A DNA stretch of 49,432 nucleotides from positions 1-49,432 of the forward strand of contig JAKPTO010000003.1 in the NCBI GenBank assembly GCA_029555085.1, written 5' to 3'. Made by a program: the position numbers and the translations under genes. This DNA is from a bacterium. Its GTDB lineage: Bacteria; Patescibacteriota; Patescibacteriia; UBA1558; S5-K13. How positions within the stretch are numbered: the stretch's first letter is position 1; the number at the start of each line of letters is the position of its first letter. Below, piece after piece: positions 19,186 to 29,735 of this stretch. Under the pieces are notes generated by a model that worked only from the letters and a program-made list of their open reading frames with translations, did not search any database and was not told the DNA's origin.

Positions 19186-20058
19186 TCAACTCAATAAAAT
19201 ATCTTTATTATTTAATAAAAAAGTTTCAAAATCAACTGCTTTTTCTAGTTCTTGTTCCGTATATTTTTGGAATAAATAATAAATTTTATTACCTAATTCA
19301 AAATTTTTAAATCCACCTGCATATTTTTCACTATCATGTTTAAAAAAATCATTATAAATTCTAATAATTGATTCGCACATTAAACTCTCAAAATGATCAC
19401 CATAATCTTTTTTTAAATCTAGATGAATAATTTCTTTTAATTTATTTTTTTCAAAATTTGTTAATTGTTCTGATAATTTATCAACAATGGGGTTGATAAT
19501 TGTATGTAAAAATTCGTGATCAAAATTATCCTTATTATCACTATGAGATAATATGAAAACATCCCGATCTATTGTTATTGCCCTACCAGAATTTTTTGAC
19601 ACTATATTATCAGAGTAAACTTTTATAATTTTTGTAATTCTTGATTCAAAATCAATAGGCTGAAAATAATCTATTAATTTTTTTACTCTTTCTTCGTATC
19701 CACTATTTGCGTCTTCTAAATCCACTTCACTATTTTGTGATATATTTTCATTTTTATATAATGATAAAATATCAAACAATCTCTTTTGAATATCGCTAAT
19801 GTCTTTAATATGTTCTTTTTGTTCCTGTATTCTATTAAAAACATCTTTCTCTCTTTCTGGGTGATTAAATGTCATAGTTAGCCAATAAATCGTTTCTTCA
19901 TCAGCCAAATCTAATAATCCTAACAATTCCCTACTTTTATCTTTACCATTCAAAAGCTTACTAATAATTTCTAAATTTTGTTCCCTTCTATATTCTATTT
20001 GTGGATAAAATAATTCTTTTGTTTCTTGCTTTTCAAAATTTTGTAATTCAAAATTCAT
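19186..20058 (-). CDS. Hypothetical HExxH protein (DUF4932-like putative zincin)
   Basis: HEFLHTIINP followed by ESIIR. Confidence 0.55.
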   Translation of the reverse strand: MNFELQNFEKQETKELFYPQIEYRREQNLEIISKLLNGKDKSRELLGLLDLADEETIYWLTMTFNHPEREKDVFNRIQEQKEHIKDISDIQKRLFDILSLYKNENISQNSEVDLEDANSGYEERVKKLIDYFQPIDFESRITKIIKVYSDNIVSKNSGRAITIDRDVFILSHSDNKDNFDHEFLHTIINPIVDKLSEQLTNFEKNKLKEIIHLDLKKDYGDHFESLMCESIIRIYNDFFKHDSEKYAGGFKNFELGNKIYYLFQKYTEQELEKAVDFETFLLNNKDILLS

Positions 20059-20114
20059 ATTTTTAACTTATATTTAATCGAGAACTATAGGCGAATCAAA
20101 CTAGATAAATCAAA

Positions 20115-20190
20115 TGGAGCCGGGAACAGGAGTCGAACCTGCGATCTTTGGTTTACGATACCACTGCTTTGCCAACTAAGCTACCCCGGC
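20115..20190 (-). tRNA. tRNA-Thr(CGT)
   Basis: GCCGGGG acceptor stem, D arm GCTTAGTTGGCAAAGC, anticodon loop ATCGTAA, T arm GCAGG-TTCGACT-CCTGT, encoded CCA; 76 nt. Confidence 0.95.
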
Positions 20191-20244
20191 ACAAAATATT
20201 TAATATAATAAACCCCCTAAAAAACTAAAATTACTCTGACAAAA

Positions 20245-21117
20245 TTACGGAACCAAAACTTTAAACTTTCCATTAGTTAAATATTCATTTATGTAATCAT
20301 TTAGATTTTTTGTTGGGAAAAATATTTGACTTATTTCATAAAAATTCTGATTTTTTTGATCATCAACTAAAATAGATTCGATTTTATAAACATGATAACC
20401 CGAGGTGCTTTGTAAAACAGGAGAAATATCCCCAACTTTCATATTATCTATTAAATCAGCTAATCCTGATGGTAAATCATCTTTAGACAACCATCCTATT
20501 TTTTTTATTGGCGCTATATTTTTATCATTATACCTCTCTGAATATTCTGTAAATCTATCAATGTTTTTTACTACATCTGAATAAACTTCATCAATTTTTT
20601 TTCTCTGATTTCTATTTTCATCTATGGTTAAAAGTTTTTCTGAAATTTTCATTCTACAAAATGCCGGAAAAACAACATATTCCTCAAATTTTTCTTGTTT
20701 GAAATTTAAATTATAAGATAATTTTTTTATGGTATTTTCATCTATACTATTTTGAGCATAAAAACCTTTTTTAAAATTAATATACTCTGTATCTTTATCA
20801 CAATTCACATTAAACTTTTTCTGCATTTTTTCTATAAAATTAATTCCGAGCATCTGTTTTATAGCGCTGTTTATGTATTTATCCTCCTCTATATTCTTAT
20901 TAAACAAAAAATAAATTTTATAATCTTCTACAAATTTTTCATAATTATAAAAAGATATGAAACTACCATTGGAATAAATTGCCGGAAACGGGATTATTTT
21001 TGAACAAAAAGCGCCCACAAAAAGATTTTGTTTAAAAACATATATATCCAACGCGGAAACAATCAACAAAAAAAACACAAGTATAATAAATAACAATAAG
21101 ATTCTTCTAAATTTCAT
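20245..21117 (-). CDS. Parvulin-type peptidyl-prolyl isomerase (SurA/PrsA-like), membrane anchored
   Basis: N-terminal TM helix; IGWL...MKVGDISPVLQSTSGYHVYK rotamase motif. Confidence 0.75.
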   Translation of the reverse strand: MKFRRILLLFIILVFFLLIVSALDIYVFKQNLFVGAFCSKIIPFPAIYSNGSFISFYNYEKFVEDYKIYFLFNKNIEEDKYINSAIKQMLGINFIEKMQKKFNVNCDKDTEYINFKKGFYAQNSIDENTIKKLSYNLNFKQEKFEEYVVFPAFCRMKISEKLLTIDENRNQRKKIDEVYSDVVKNIDRFTEYSERYNDKNIAPIKKIGWLSKDDLPSGLADLIDNMKVGDISPVLQSTSGYHVYKIESILVDDQKNQNFYEISQIFFPTKNLNDYINEYLTNGKFKVLVP

Positions 21118-21119
21118 AA

Positions 21120-21521
21120 TTATTGATTATTATTTGAAAAAAAATAAGCCCACCAAGATTTTATATTTTCATAAACCTTTAATTTTTCATTATCTTGATT
21201 TGTTATACTTTGCACTTCTTCCTCTTTTGGAAAAACTATTACTGTTTCTCCTGATTTCTTAAAACCTAACTTCTCTCTTGAAAATGACTCAACATATTCA
21301 TCTGTTTCAAAATAGCTAATAAGATTTTTTAAATCTGAATTTTGTTTTTCTATACTATCAATTTGTGATTTTAAATTATTAATTTCATTTTTTACACGCC
21401 TTCTTTGTTGTAATTCTTTATATAAATTAGTAGCTAAATATATAGACAAAATTAACACAAATACAAAAAATATTTTTGATGAAAAAATTCTGAAAAATAG
21501 TGGTTCTTGTTTTCTTGCCAT
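21120..21521 (-). CDS. Septum formation initiator (FtsB/DivIC family)
   Basis: TM helix plus coiled coil plus YVESFSREKLGFKKSGETV. Confidence 0.85.
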   Translation of the reverse strand: MARKQEPLFFRIFSSKIFFVFVLILSIYLATNLYKELQQRRRVKNEINNLKSQIDSIEKQNSDLKNLISYFETDEYVESFSREKLGFKKSGETVIVFPKEEEVQSITNQDNEKLKVYENIKSWWAYFFSNNNQ

Positions 21522-21557
21522 GCTTATATTATAACGAAAAAATATAATACATTCAAA

Positions 21558-22037
21558 CTAAACACGCGCTTCCAAAATAAGATTTTTTATACGTTTGGCA
21601 TTAAATACAGAGTCAAAATAAACATCTTGTCCGTTTTTTAAATCAATGACTAAATTTCCAATTTTTAAAATTTTCAAAAAGCCACAACTATATTCTATAT
21701 CTATATTAGATATGCTATTAAGAGAAAATTCATGCATATTATTTTTAATAATCTCCCAATAACATAAAATACATTTCTTATTTGTAAGCACCAAACAATC
21801 ATATTCCCATTTTTTATAAACTATATAACTTGAAATTATACAAAAAAATATTATTAATAAAAAAAGTATTAATCCATAAATACCTAATTTCATAATAGGC
21901 ACCATAAAGAAAAAAGCGCATAAAAATACAAAAAAACGAAGCCCTATCTTTAAAAAAAGTAAAAAAAATGAATAATGAAATATTTCAAGCACTTCTTCAT
22001 TTTCTAACAAATATCTGCTAAAATATTTATACGACAT
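21558..22037 (-). CDS. Membrane protein with bacterial PH (bPH_2-like) domain
   Basis: L.ENEEV N-terminus, two TM helices, then LVLTNKK...ISNI...IGNLVI. Confidence 0.65.
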   Translation of the reverse strand: MSYKYFSRYLLENEEVLEIFHYSFFLLFLKIGLRFFVFLCAFFFMVPIMKLGIYGLILFLLIIFFCIISSYIVYKKWEYDCLVLTNKKCILCYWEIIKNNMHEFSLNSISNIDIEYSCGFLKILKIGNLVIDLKNGQDVYFDSVFNAKRIKNLILEARV

Positions 22038-22043
22038 AACATT

Positions 22044-22145
22044 ATGAAAAAAAATAAAGCAACAAAAATATTCTGGATAATAACTGCTATAATTGTTATA
22101 TTTACCATGTTAGCATGGGCAGTTGGAGTTAATTATTTATACTAA
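22044..22145 (+). CDS. Small single-pass membrane protein (33 aa)
   Basis: MKKNKATKIFWIITAIIVIFTMLAWAVGVNYLY*: basic N-terminus plus TM helix, filling the whole intergenic gap. Confidence 0.55.
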   Translation: MKKNKATKIFWIITAIIVIFTMLAWAVGVNYLY

Positions 22146-23953
22146 TCTCTTTTTAATACAGATAAATAAACATCTTGAGGCAATTCAACTCTACCAGTGG
22201 ATTGCATTCTTTTTTTGCCTTCCTTCTGTTTGGCAAGAAGTTTTTTCTTTCTACTCACATCTCCTCCGTACAATTTCGCTGTAACATCTTTTCTTAGCGC
22301 GCTTAATCTCTCCGCTGCAATAACTTTTGAACCTATTGATGCTTGAATTTTTACTACAAATTGCTGACGAGATATTGTTTCTTTCAATCTATCAACAATT
22401 GATCTGCCAACTCTATATGCTTCATCTTTATACACAAAGGACGACAATGGTTCAATAAGTTCATCTGCTATATAAATATCAAGTCTTACCAAATCAACTC
22501 TCTCATATCTGACAAATTCATAATTTAAGGACGCATATCCACGACTTACACTTTTTAATTTATCATAAAAATCAACCAAAATTGGAGTCAGTGGAATTTC
22601 GTATTGTAAAACCACCAAATCTTTATCTAAATATTCTGTGTTAATATATACCCCGCGTCTATCAGTTGCTAAACCCATAACAGAACCAATATATTCTGAC
22701 GGAGTTACAATATCCATTTTCACAATTGGTTCTTCTATAAAATTAATAAATTGCTCTTCAAGTTCAGCTGGTTTCGTGAGTTGAATATAACTACCAGCAC
22801 TATCTTTTAATATATCACCTTTAAATTTATGAATCATTTCGTTTTTCAAATAAGCTTTGTATGCAACAGATGGAATCGTAACTACTAAATCCAAATCATA
22901 TTCTCTTCTTAGACGTTGTAAAAATATATCGAGATGGAGTAATCCCAAGAATCCACATCTAAAACCAAAACCAAAAACCAATGACGAGTCCTTCTGAATT
23001 TCTATTGATGAGTCATTTAATTTTAATTTTTCAACAGCATCGCGAAGCTCTTCATAATTATCACCTCCTTTAGAATAAACTCCGGCAAAAACCATTGGTT
23101 TAACAATTTTATAACCCGGTAGAGGTTCGTTGGTTTCTAAAATAGAAGAAATCGTATCTCCAACTCTCACACTGCGCAAATCCCTTTCGCCTGTTATAAT
23201 ATAGCCAATTTCCCCACTTTTTAATTCATCTGTTTTTTCATGTTTTATCTTAAAACATCCTACTTCTAAAACATCTGATGTTTTTTCTGTTCCTAAAAAT
23301 TTAATTTTATCACCTCTTTTGAAACTGCCCTCAAAAACCCGAACATAGCTTATAATTCCCTTATATTCATCATAAACAGAGTCAAAAATAAGCGCTCTAT
23401 TTTTTGAAAAATTAATTTCCGGAGCAGGGATTTTCTCTATCACCTGATTTAATAATTTTTCTACATTTAAACCTGTTTTTGCAGAAATTCCAATTATATC
23501 ATCTGGATTACAATGAATTAAATTAACAATTTCTTCTTTTGTTTTTTCTACATCAGCGGTTTGTAAATCAACTTTATTTATTACTGGCACTATTGTGAGA
23601 TTTTGTTCTTGTACAAAACGCAAATTTACAAGTGTTTGCGCTTGAATTCCTTTTGTAGCATCAACTACTAAAATTGCGCCCTCTACACAGGCAATAGAGC
23701 GAGATACTTCGTAACTAAAATCCATATGACCCGGAGTATCAATTAGATTGAGAATATAATCTCCATATTTCATTCTAACTGGTTGCAATTTTATAGTTAT
23801 ACCTCTCTCACGCTCTAGATCCATATTATCGAGTAACTGGTTTTTCATTTCACGACTAGAAACTGTGTTAGTAATTTCTAAAAATCTATCTGCTAATGTA
23901 GATTTGCCATGATCAATATGAGCTATAATACAAAAATTTCTAATATTTGACAT
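22142..23953 (-). CDS. lepA: Elongation factor 4
   Basis: IRNFCIIAHIDHGKSTLADR, GFRCGFLGLLH and RKDVTAKLYGGD motifs. Confidence 0.99.
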   Translation of the reverse strand: MSNIRNFCIIAHIDHGKSTLADRFLEITNTVSSREMKNQLLDNMDLERERGITIKLQPVRMKYGDYILNLIDTPGHMDFSYEVSRSIACVEGAILVVDATKGIQAQTLVNLRFVQEQNLTIVPVINKVDLQTADVEKTKEEIVNLIHCNPDDIIGISAKTGLNVEKLLNQVIEKIPAPEINFSKNRALIFDSVYDEYKGIISYVRVFEGSFKRGDKIKFLGTEKTSDVLEVGCFKIKHEKTDELKSGEIGYIITGERDLRSVRVGDTISSILETNEPLPGYKIVKPMVFAGVYSKGGDNYEELRDAVEKLKLNDSSIEIQKDSSLVFGFGFRCGFLGLLHLDIFLQRLRREYDLDLVVTIPSVAYKAYLKNEMIHKFKGDILKDSAGSYIQLTKPAELEEQFINFIEEPIVKMDIVTPSEYIGSVMGLATDRRGVYINTEYLDKDLVVLQYEIPLTPILVDFYDKLKSVSRGYASLNYEFVRYERVDLVRLDIYIADELIEPLSSFVYKDEAYRVGRSIVDRLKETISRQQFVVKIQASIGSKVIAAERLSALRKDVTAKLYGGDVSRKKKLLAKQKEGKKRMQSTGRVELPQDVYLSVLKRD

Positions 23954-23980
23954 AATTTTAATTTAAACAAAGTCAGCGGT

Positions 23981-25552
23981 TTATTTAATTTTTATAAATT
24001 TCTTAAAAAATACTTTTATAAATTGAACTTCTTCCAATTTTTCAAAAACCGAAATAAAATAATACAAAACAAAAACTATTATAAATAAAATAATAAATTC
24101 TGTAAATAATTTTATAAACGATTCAATTCCAATATATTTTATATAAAAAAATCTAAAACCATAAATTAAAATAAAAATTATCACGCAGTTAAAAAATATT
24201 TTTAAAAAATATGATAAAAAACTTCTGACATTAAAAACTTTATATTTTATTGAAATAGTTATTAGAAGCAATAAACAATTTAAAATATTGCTAATTGAAA
24301 ATCCTAGAGCTATTCCCATTATTCCCATTATTTTCGACAAGGCAAAACAAAATATTATATTTATGACCAAACTAATTATCGCAATTATAACAGGTGTTTT
24401 TGTATTTTCATAAGCATAAAATGCGCGCGCAACTATTGCTGAAATACATTGAAATATAAGTGATATACAAAAAATCCCCAAGATGTTAGCAGTATAATTA
24501 ACATTTTGTAAATTAAAATTTCCAGCTCCTAAAATAATTTTTACTATTTCAAATTTTGTCAAAATCATAAACATAGATATTGGCAATACGAAAAATGTAA
24601 TTTTTCTTAAATTTTTTTCTAAATAAATTTTAAAATCTTCATGATTATCATTTCCAACAAATTCTGATAAAACCGGGAATATGGCCACAGCAATAGAAAC
24701 CCCGAAAATACTCACAACAAATGATTGTAAATTCAAACCAAAATAAAATACAGAAATACTTCCTGCAACAAGCGATGAGGCGATCATAGTAATAACAACT
24801 TGATTAATCTGATTTACAACAAGTCCAAAAGTTCTTGGAATCATTAACTTAAAAATTCTTAAAACATTTTTATCTTTCAGGTGAAATACAAATTCATATT
24901 TCCATTTTAATTTCAAAACCTCTACTAATTGGACTAAAAAGTGAAGTCCGGAACCAAGCACAACCCCCCACGCAAGCATGTCATAACCAAAATATTTTGA
25001 TAAAATTATTCCTATTATAAGTCCTATGTTATAAAAAACTGGCGCGATACTGTATGTAATATAGGTTTTTTTTGCATTTAGTATTGAACTCATTACACTA
25101 GAAAATCCAAAAAAAACCACACTTATTAACATTATTGATGTAAGACGAGATGTTAGTTGTAATTGAAAAAAATCAAATCCAGGAGCCAATATTTTTACTA
25201 AAAAATCAACATTTAAAAACGCAATGAAACACAAAACTGATAAAATTATTGTAACAATATTCAAAACTGAATTTGATACTTTTATGGCATATTTTTCATC
25301 TTCTTTACTTAATTTTACAAAAACAGGCACAAATGCAGAAGCCAATGATCCTAAAATTAAAGAATTAAAAATAAAATCCGGAATTCTAAAAGCAGCAAAA
25401 TAACAATCTAAAACCTGACCAGCTCCAAAACTTGCCGCAAGCATTCTATCCCTAACAAGTCCCAAAATCTTACTTAAAACAGAAAAAACGCTAATTAGTA
25501 TAGCGCCACCCAGAACCGTCTTATTTAATCTTTTTAATATACTTTTTACCAT
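23981..25552 (-). CDS. murJ: Lipid II flippase MurJ (MviN)
   Basis: SKILGLVRD, AFRIPDFIF, AFVPVF and RAFYAYENTKTPV motifs. Confidence 0.95.
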   Translation of the reverse strand: MVKSILKRLNKTVLGGAILISVFSVLSKILGLVRDRMLAASFGAGQVLDCYFAAFRIPDFIFNSLILGSLASAFVPVFVKLSKEDEKYAIKVSNSVLNIVTIILSVLCFIAFLNVDFLVKILAPGFDFFQLQLTSRLTSIMLISVVFFGFSSVMSSILNAKKTYITYSIAPVFYNIGLIIGIILSKYFGYDMLAWGVVLGSGLHFLVQLVEVLKLKWKYEFVFHLKDKNVLRIFKLMIPRTFGLVVNQINQVVITMIASSLVAGSISVFYFGLNLQSFVVSIFGVSIAVAIFPVLSEFVGNDNHEDFKIYLEKNLRKITFFVLPISMFMILTKFEIVKIILGAGNFNLQNVNYTANILGIFCISLIFQCISAIVARAFYAYENTKTPVIIAIISLVINIIFCFALSKIMGIMGIALGFSISNILNCLLLLITISIKYKVFNVRSFLSYFLKIFFNCVIIFILIYGFRFFYIKYIGIESFIKLFTEFIILFIIVFVLYYFISVFEKLEEVQFIKVFFKKFIKIK

Positions 25553-25597
25553 AATTAACTATAATTATAACAAAATATAGCATAAAAAAAAGCCCTA

Positions 25598-25630
25598 ATT
25601 TAAAATCAACCATAATGGTTGATTTTAAAT
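25598..25630. terminator. Perfect inverted repeat (terminator-like hairpin or operator)
   Basis: ATTTAAAATCAACC-ataat-GGTTGATTTTAAAT. Confidence 0.5.
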
Positions 25631-25646
25631 ATTATATATAAAAATA

Positions 25647-26411
25647 TTAAGCTTGTGAATTTTCTGATTTAATTTCTGGTGTAGCTGAATTATTAAAATT
25701 AGCTTCTTTTATTTTTTTATAAACATAAGTCATTGCAATATATGAAATTGGAACTGTTACCAAAAGTCCAACACCAAGACAAAGCAATCCTAATAAATTA
25801 ATTAACCCCAAAACAAAACCTAAAACAACAAGAGACCAAACTAATTTTTTCGTAATTTTATAACTATTTTTTAATGATTCTACAATTCCAAATCCCTCAA
25901 CTATAAAATATGGATAAAAACTCAATCTTACTGAATATATAATCATAAAAATAAGAAACGCAACGCCTAAAATACACAATATAATCCTAATAATATAGAC
26001 GATAGTATTTACTTTCAACGCAAATGTTAAAATAAAAAATGCTAAAATAGTTCCAGGAAACAAGAAAATAAAAACACTATACAAAATAGAGGTCAACAAA
26101 TATTTAATAAACAAATTAGAATTCAAAAACAAATTTTTTATTTTTGGTTTTTCTGTTTTTTCATAAACAATATCAAGACACACCCGTACTATACCGATTG
26201 AAACAAGAATTTGTAAAAACCAAAATACTAAATAAAATAAAAATCCCACAACAGATAGTTCGTCTTCTTTTATTACAAATTCATTAATAAATTCTGGGGT
26301 ATAAGATATTAAAAAAACTATAAAAAACATCAGGATAAAAAACCCTAAATGTTTTTTTACTTTTTCCCAGGAATAATTTACGACCTCCTTGATTGTAAAA
26401 ATGTTTGTCAT
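25647..26411 (-). CDS. Integral membrane protein (DUF975-like)
   Basis: Multiple TM helices; ESLKNSYKITK and GLLCLGVGLLVTVP motifs. Confidence 0.65.
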   Translation of the reverse strand: MTNIFTIKEVVNYSWEKVKKHLGFFILMFFIVFLISYTPEFINEFVIKEDELSVVGFLFYLVFWFLQILVSIGIVRVCLDIVYEKTEKPKIKNLFLNSNLFIKYLLTSILYSVFIFLFPGTILAFFILTFALKVNTIVYIIRIILCILGVAFLIFMIIYSVRLSFYPYFIVEGFGIVESLKNSYKITKKLVWSLVVLGFVLGLINLLGLLCLGVGLLVTVPISYIAMTYVYKKIKEANFNNSATPEIKSENSQA

Positions 26412-26480
26412 ATTTTTATTTACTAGCTTTATCAGCTATTAATTATTATTTATATTAATTAAATTAATATGTCTTAAAAA

Positions 26481-29294
26481 CTATTTCTTATCAAGAATAA
26501 ATCCATTTACGAAATCTCTCGAAAAATCTACACTTGAATTAAAATTATCGAGATTAGACCAGATCAATTTTAATGTATCTGACCATGTATAATTAAACTC
26601 TATTTCTGAATCCACTCCAGATTGTTTTTGATAAATTATAGAATAGCTATTCATTCCATATTCCTCATCTTTAAATAATCTATTTAAAAATGATTTTAAT
26701 GATTCAAAATTTAACCGAAATGGCAATTGATATTTTACATATACAATTTTTTCTTCTCCAGGTTTTATTTCTTGCCATCCAGCAAAAGTAGTTTTACCAA
26801 GTTCCTCAAATATTTCAATTCCAGACGCTTTATCAATTGAAATTCTACCCTGCAATTCTAAAAGTTTTCCAAATTCCTGTGACCCATATGCTGGCTTTAC
26901 ATAATCTTTTTCTGGAAAACTATCAAACCCACCGGCTTCTATTAGTTTACTTCCAAGTGGTACATAAATCCTAATATAATTTTTATTTTCTACTTGTGCA
27001 AAAGAATTATTTTCTACTTTATTAAACTTTCTTACAATTTTTACAGTATCAATGATATTACCATTGGATAAAACATCAACATTGTGATAAATTTTTTGGT
27101 TTATAAATTCATCTGTTTTCCCACCACCTATATTTGTATTTATAACAGATAAATAATCTTTTGAAGTTTCTTTAATTGAACCAGACCATCCATAATTATC
27201 AATAACTGATTCAAGAGACGAATCACTAAAATACATTTGTATATCTTTATTAGACAAACTTTTATCAAAAAGTTTTGCCATATCAAGATAATTTAAGTTT
27301 TTATCATTAAACAATCTGTCAATGATTTTTTCCATCATCTCACCTATAACTTTTTTTGGTTTGTTTTCTGCTTTGTCATAACGAAATTCTACAATATCTT
27401 GAATTTCTTTATAAAAATTTTTTTCTGTTATGTCTAAATCATATTCATCAATATGAACTGGACCTGTTAATTTTAAAACATCTAACATTACATCGCTATT
27501 TATTGATATAATTCCATCAACAGTTGTGCCACCAGCGCGTTCAAAATTCTCCATTATTGTATAATAAGAAGTAGGCGCATCATACCACCAATTCATATCC
27601 CAAAAATAAAAATTAGGATTTATAAGCCACATTGGTTTAGGAGCTATAAAACTGTCTGTTATGCCGGCTCTATAATCATAAGGCCCTCCACCGGGAACAT
27701 TTATATTTTTTATTTCTCCATTTTGTATATCAACTATAGCAAGAGATCCTATAAAACCACCGGTTGGACGAACTTCATTGTTGTTTTGAAATAAAAATAA
27801 ATATCTCTTAATTGTGCCATTTCCTAAAATTTTATTTGTTACATCAAAAAGCGATGTCAAACTATCAATGTTTGATGTAAGTAATGGGAATTTCTCCTTC
27901 ATCAACAAAAATTTATCTCTATATTCTTTTGGTAAAACATCTGCGTCGATTGAGGAAATTTTTTCTCCAGCACTTTTTAAATTATTTTTTGATTTTTCTA
28001 AATTTTCCTGAATTAATCTAATTTTCTGTGTTAATGTAAGTCCTTCTTGCTCTGCAAGAGCTGAATTAATATAAACTGCTGATTCTGATAATAACCTTCC
28101 GGCTTCAAGCAATTTTTCACCATAATCAATCTGTTTTCCCTGGTTAGGAATCAACTTTAATATTTGATTTATAATTTCTCCATTGTCTGATATTTGATTT
28201 TGAGCTTCTATAAATTTTTGATTAGCGTCCGAAAAATTTACCTGCGCATTTTCAAAGTCATAACCAACCATTGATTTAATTCCACTTTCTAAATTATGAT
28301 ATGCTTGTTCAGAAATACCCAATACTCTTCCCCTTGTTTCTTTTAATTGATTTGCAAATGCGGAAAAATTAATTATCACAATAATTAAAACAGCTGTTAT
28401 TACAAATGCAAAAATTTTCTTATAAAAAGTTAGACCACTACGACTAAACAATTTTGATGGTTCAATTTTCAAAACTTCAGACTTAATTTCTTTATACCTA
28501 CTTTTTGTTGGCTTCTTTTCAGTAACAACAAATAGTTTATAAACTCCTCGTCCCAAAAGATCAATCGATGCAACAAGAGAAACTCCAGCATGAACAATAC
28601 CATTTACTACCCACTTTATTGGATAAAGCGAATAAACAAAAAAATTATTAGCTCCTTCGCCCAAAAAGTAAACCAATTTTACAAATTTATTTTTTAATAG
28701 TATGTTTGCGATTTCTCTAAAATAAACCTTAGAAACCCGACCCAATGTTTTCTTTTTTGGAATTTCAAATCTTAATTCATTTTGTAACTTTTCTTTTTGT
28801 TCTTGTTTTTGTTTTAAATTTACTACATACTGAGAATTTTTATTTACCCCCGTAGTTCCAATTACTCTTGAGTTGCTAGAATCATCTTCATTAATCTTTA
28901 TTTTATAATTAAAATTTTGCCTTAAAAATGCTGAATCAACAACATCTTGTTGTATAATTTTCTCAATTTCATTAAGTTCTTTTGAGGTCTCAATATTTTT
29001 CTCATCCTCAGATGTGTCTTTTTTATCTAAAAAATTGGGCGAGTATCCTATTTCAGCTTGCTCCAAAAATGAATCCAAATTATCTAAAATCTCATCATTA
29101 CTATAATACAAAAAATTATCCTCGTTTTGTAATAAAGAATTTTCTTGCTGTATTTGTTCAAAACCCGCAATTGGTTCTGATTGTTTTTCTACTTTAGGAG
29201 TTATGGGTTTTGATTTCTTTTTTATAACAGAAAATTTCTTCCTAGAAACACTTTTTTTAGGAAGTTTTTTCTGCGAGACATTAGTCTTTTTCAT
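26481..29294 (-). CDS. DUF4012 domain-containing membrane-anchored protein
   Basis: YLFLFQNNNEVRPTGGFIGS, DMNW..DAP, VDGIISI and N.GGGKTD motifs; adjacent to glycosyltransferases. Confidence 0.85.
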   Translation of the reverse strand: MKKTNVSQKKLPKKSVSRKKFSVIKKKSKPITPKVEKQSEPIAGFEQIQQENSLLQNEDNFLYYSNDEILDNLDSFLEQAEIGYSPNFLDKKDTSEDEKNIETSKELNEIEKIIQQDVVDSAFLRQNFNYKIKINEDDSSNSRVIGTTGVNKNSQYVVNLKQKQEQKEKLQNELRFEIPKKKTLGRVSKVYFREIANILLKNKFVKLVYFLGEGANNFFVYSLYPIKWVVNGIVHAGVSLVASIDLLGRGVYKLFVVTEKKPTKSRYKEIKSEVLKIEPSKLFSRSGLTFYKKIFAFVITAVLIIVIINFSAFANQLKETRGRVLGISEQAYHNLESGIKSMVGYDFENAQVNFSDANQKFIEAQNQISDNGEIINQILKLIPNQGKQIDYGEKLLEAGRLLSESAVYINSALAEQEGLTLTQKIRLIQENLEKSKNNLKSAGEKISSIDADVLPKEYRDKFLLMKEKFPLLTSNIDSLTSLFDVTNKILGNGTIKRYLFLFQNNNEVRPTGGFIGSLAIVDIQNGEIKNINVPGGGPYDYRAGITDSFIAPKPMWLINPNFYFWDMNWWYDAPTSYYTIMENFERAGGTTVDGIISINSDVMLDVLKLTGPVHIDEYDLDITEKNFYKEIQDIVEFRYDKAENKPKKVIGEMMEKIIDRLFNDKNLNYLDMAKLFDKSLSNKDIQMYFSDSSLESVIDNYGWSGSIKETSKDYLSVINTNIGGGKTDEFINQKIYHNVDVLSNGNIIDTVKIVRKFNKVENNSFAQVENKNYIRIYVPLGSKLIEAGGFDSFPEKDYVKPAYGSQEFGKLLELQGRISIDKASGIEIFEELGKTTFAGWQEIKPGEEKIVYVKYQLPFRLNFESLKSFLNRLFKDEEYGMNSYSIIYQKQSGVDSEIEFNYTWSDTLKLIWSNLDNFNSSVDFSRDFVNGFILDKK

Positions 29295-29352
29295 ATACTA
29301 TATTATACAACCTTTTTACGATTTTGAGAAATGTTTTTATGGAAAATTTTAT

Positions 29353-29379
29353 AAAAAAAGCACCTCGTTGCCAAGGTGC
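29353..29379 (-). terminator. Intrinsic terminator
   Basis: GCACCT/AGGTGC stem with a minus-strand T7 tract. Confidence 0.7.
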
Positions 29380-29450
29380 CCATCAAAAAGATATAAACGC
29401 AACACCTATTCAGTGTTGACTTTATACCTTTTTAAAACTTTATATATCCT

Positions 29451-29705
29451 TCAAATTTTCAATTGGAGGATTGTAAAAAAACTCAGGACCACTCCGATCG
29501 CGAAGCAACTCCCAACAATTAGGACAAAATCTAGAATACTCATTAATCTTGTCCAACTCGAAAATACACAGACAACAACGCCCACAAAGGCGAGGATACA
29601 GGCTGGAAGTCCAAGAACTTGATGCAAGTCTATTCCTTCAATTAGCCTGTTAAACCTTTGATAACCCAGGGCATTAAATTTGGGTTTAAAAAAGATCGGG
29701 ATCAT
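29451..29705 (-). CDS. Orphan small membrane protein (84 aa, 2 TM)
   Basis: ATG at 29705 preceded by GAGGAGG; has its own promoter and terminator. The ORF-track start at 29735 lies upstream of the probable transcription start. Confidence 0.65.
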   Translation of the reverse strand: MIPIFFKPKFNALGYQRFNRLIEGIDLHQVLGLPACILAFVGVVVCVFSSWTRLMSILDFVLIVGSCFAIGVVLSFFTILQLKI

Positions 29706-29735
29706 TTTTCCTCCTCGGAATATTTTGTTAACCAA

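Noticed and set aside
18167-20114. Integrative element at tRNA-Thr
   Set aside because: No integrase and no duplicated tRNA 3' end were found, so it is reported only as an orphan gene pair.
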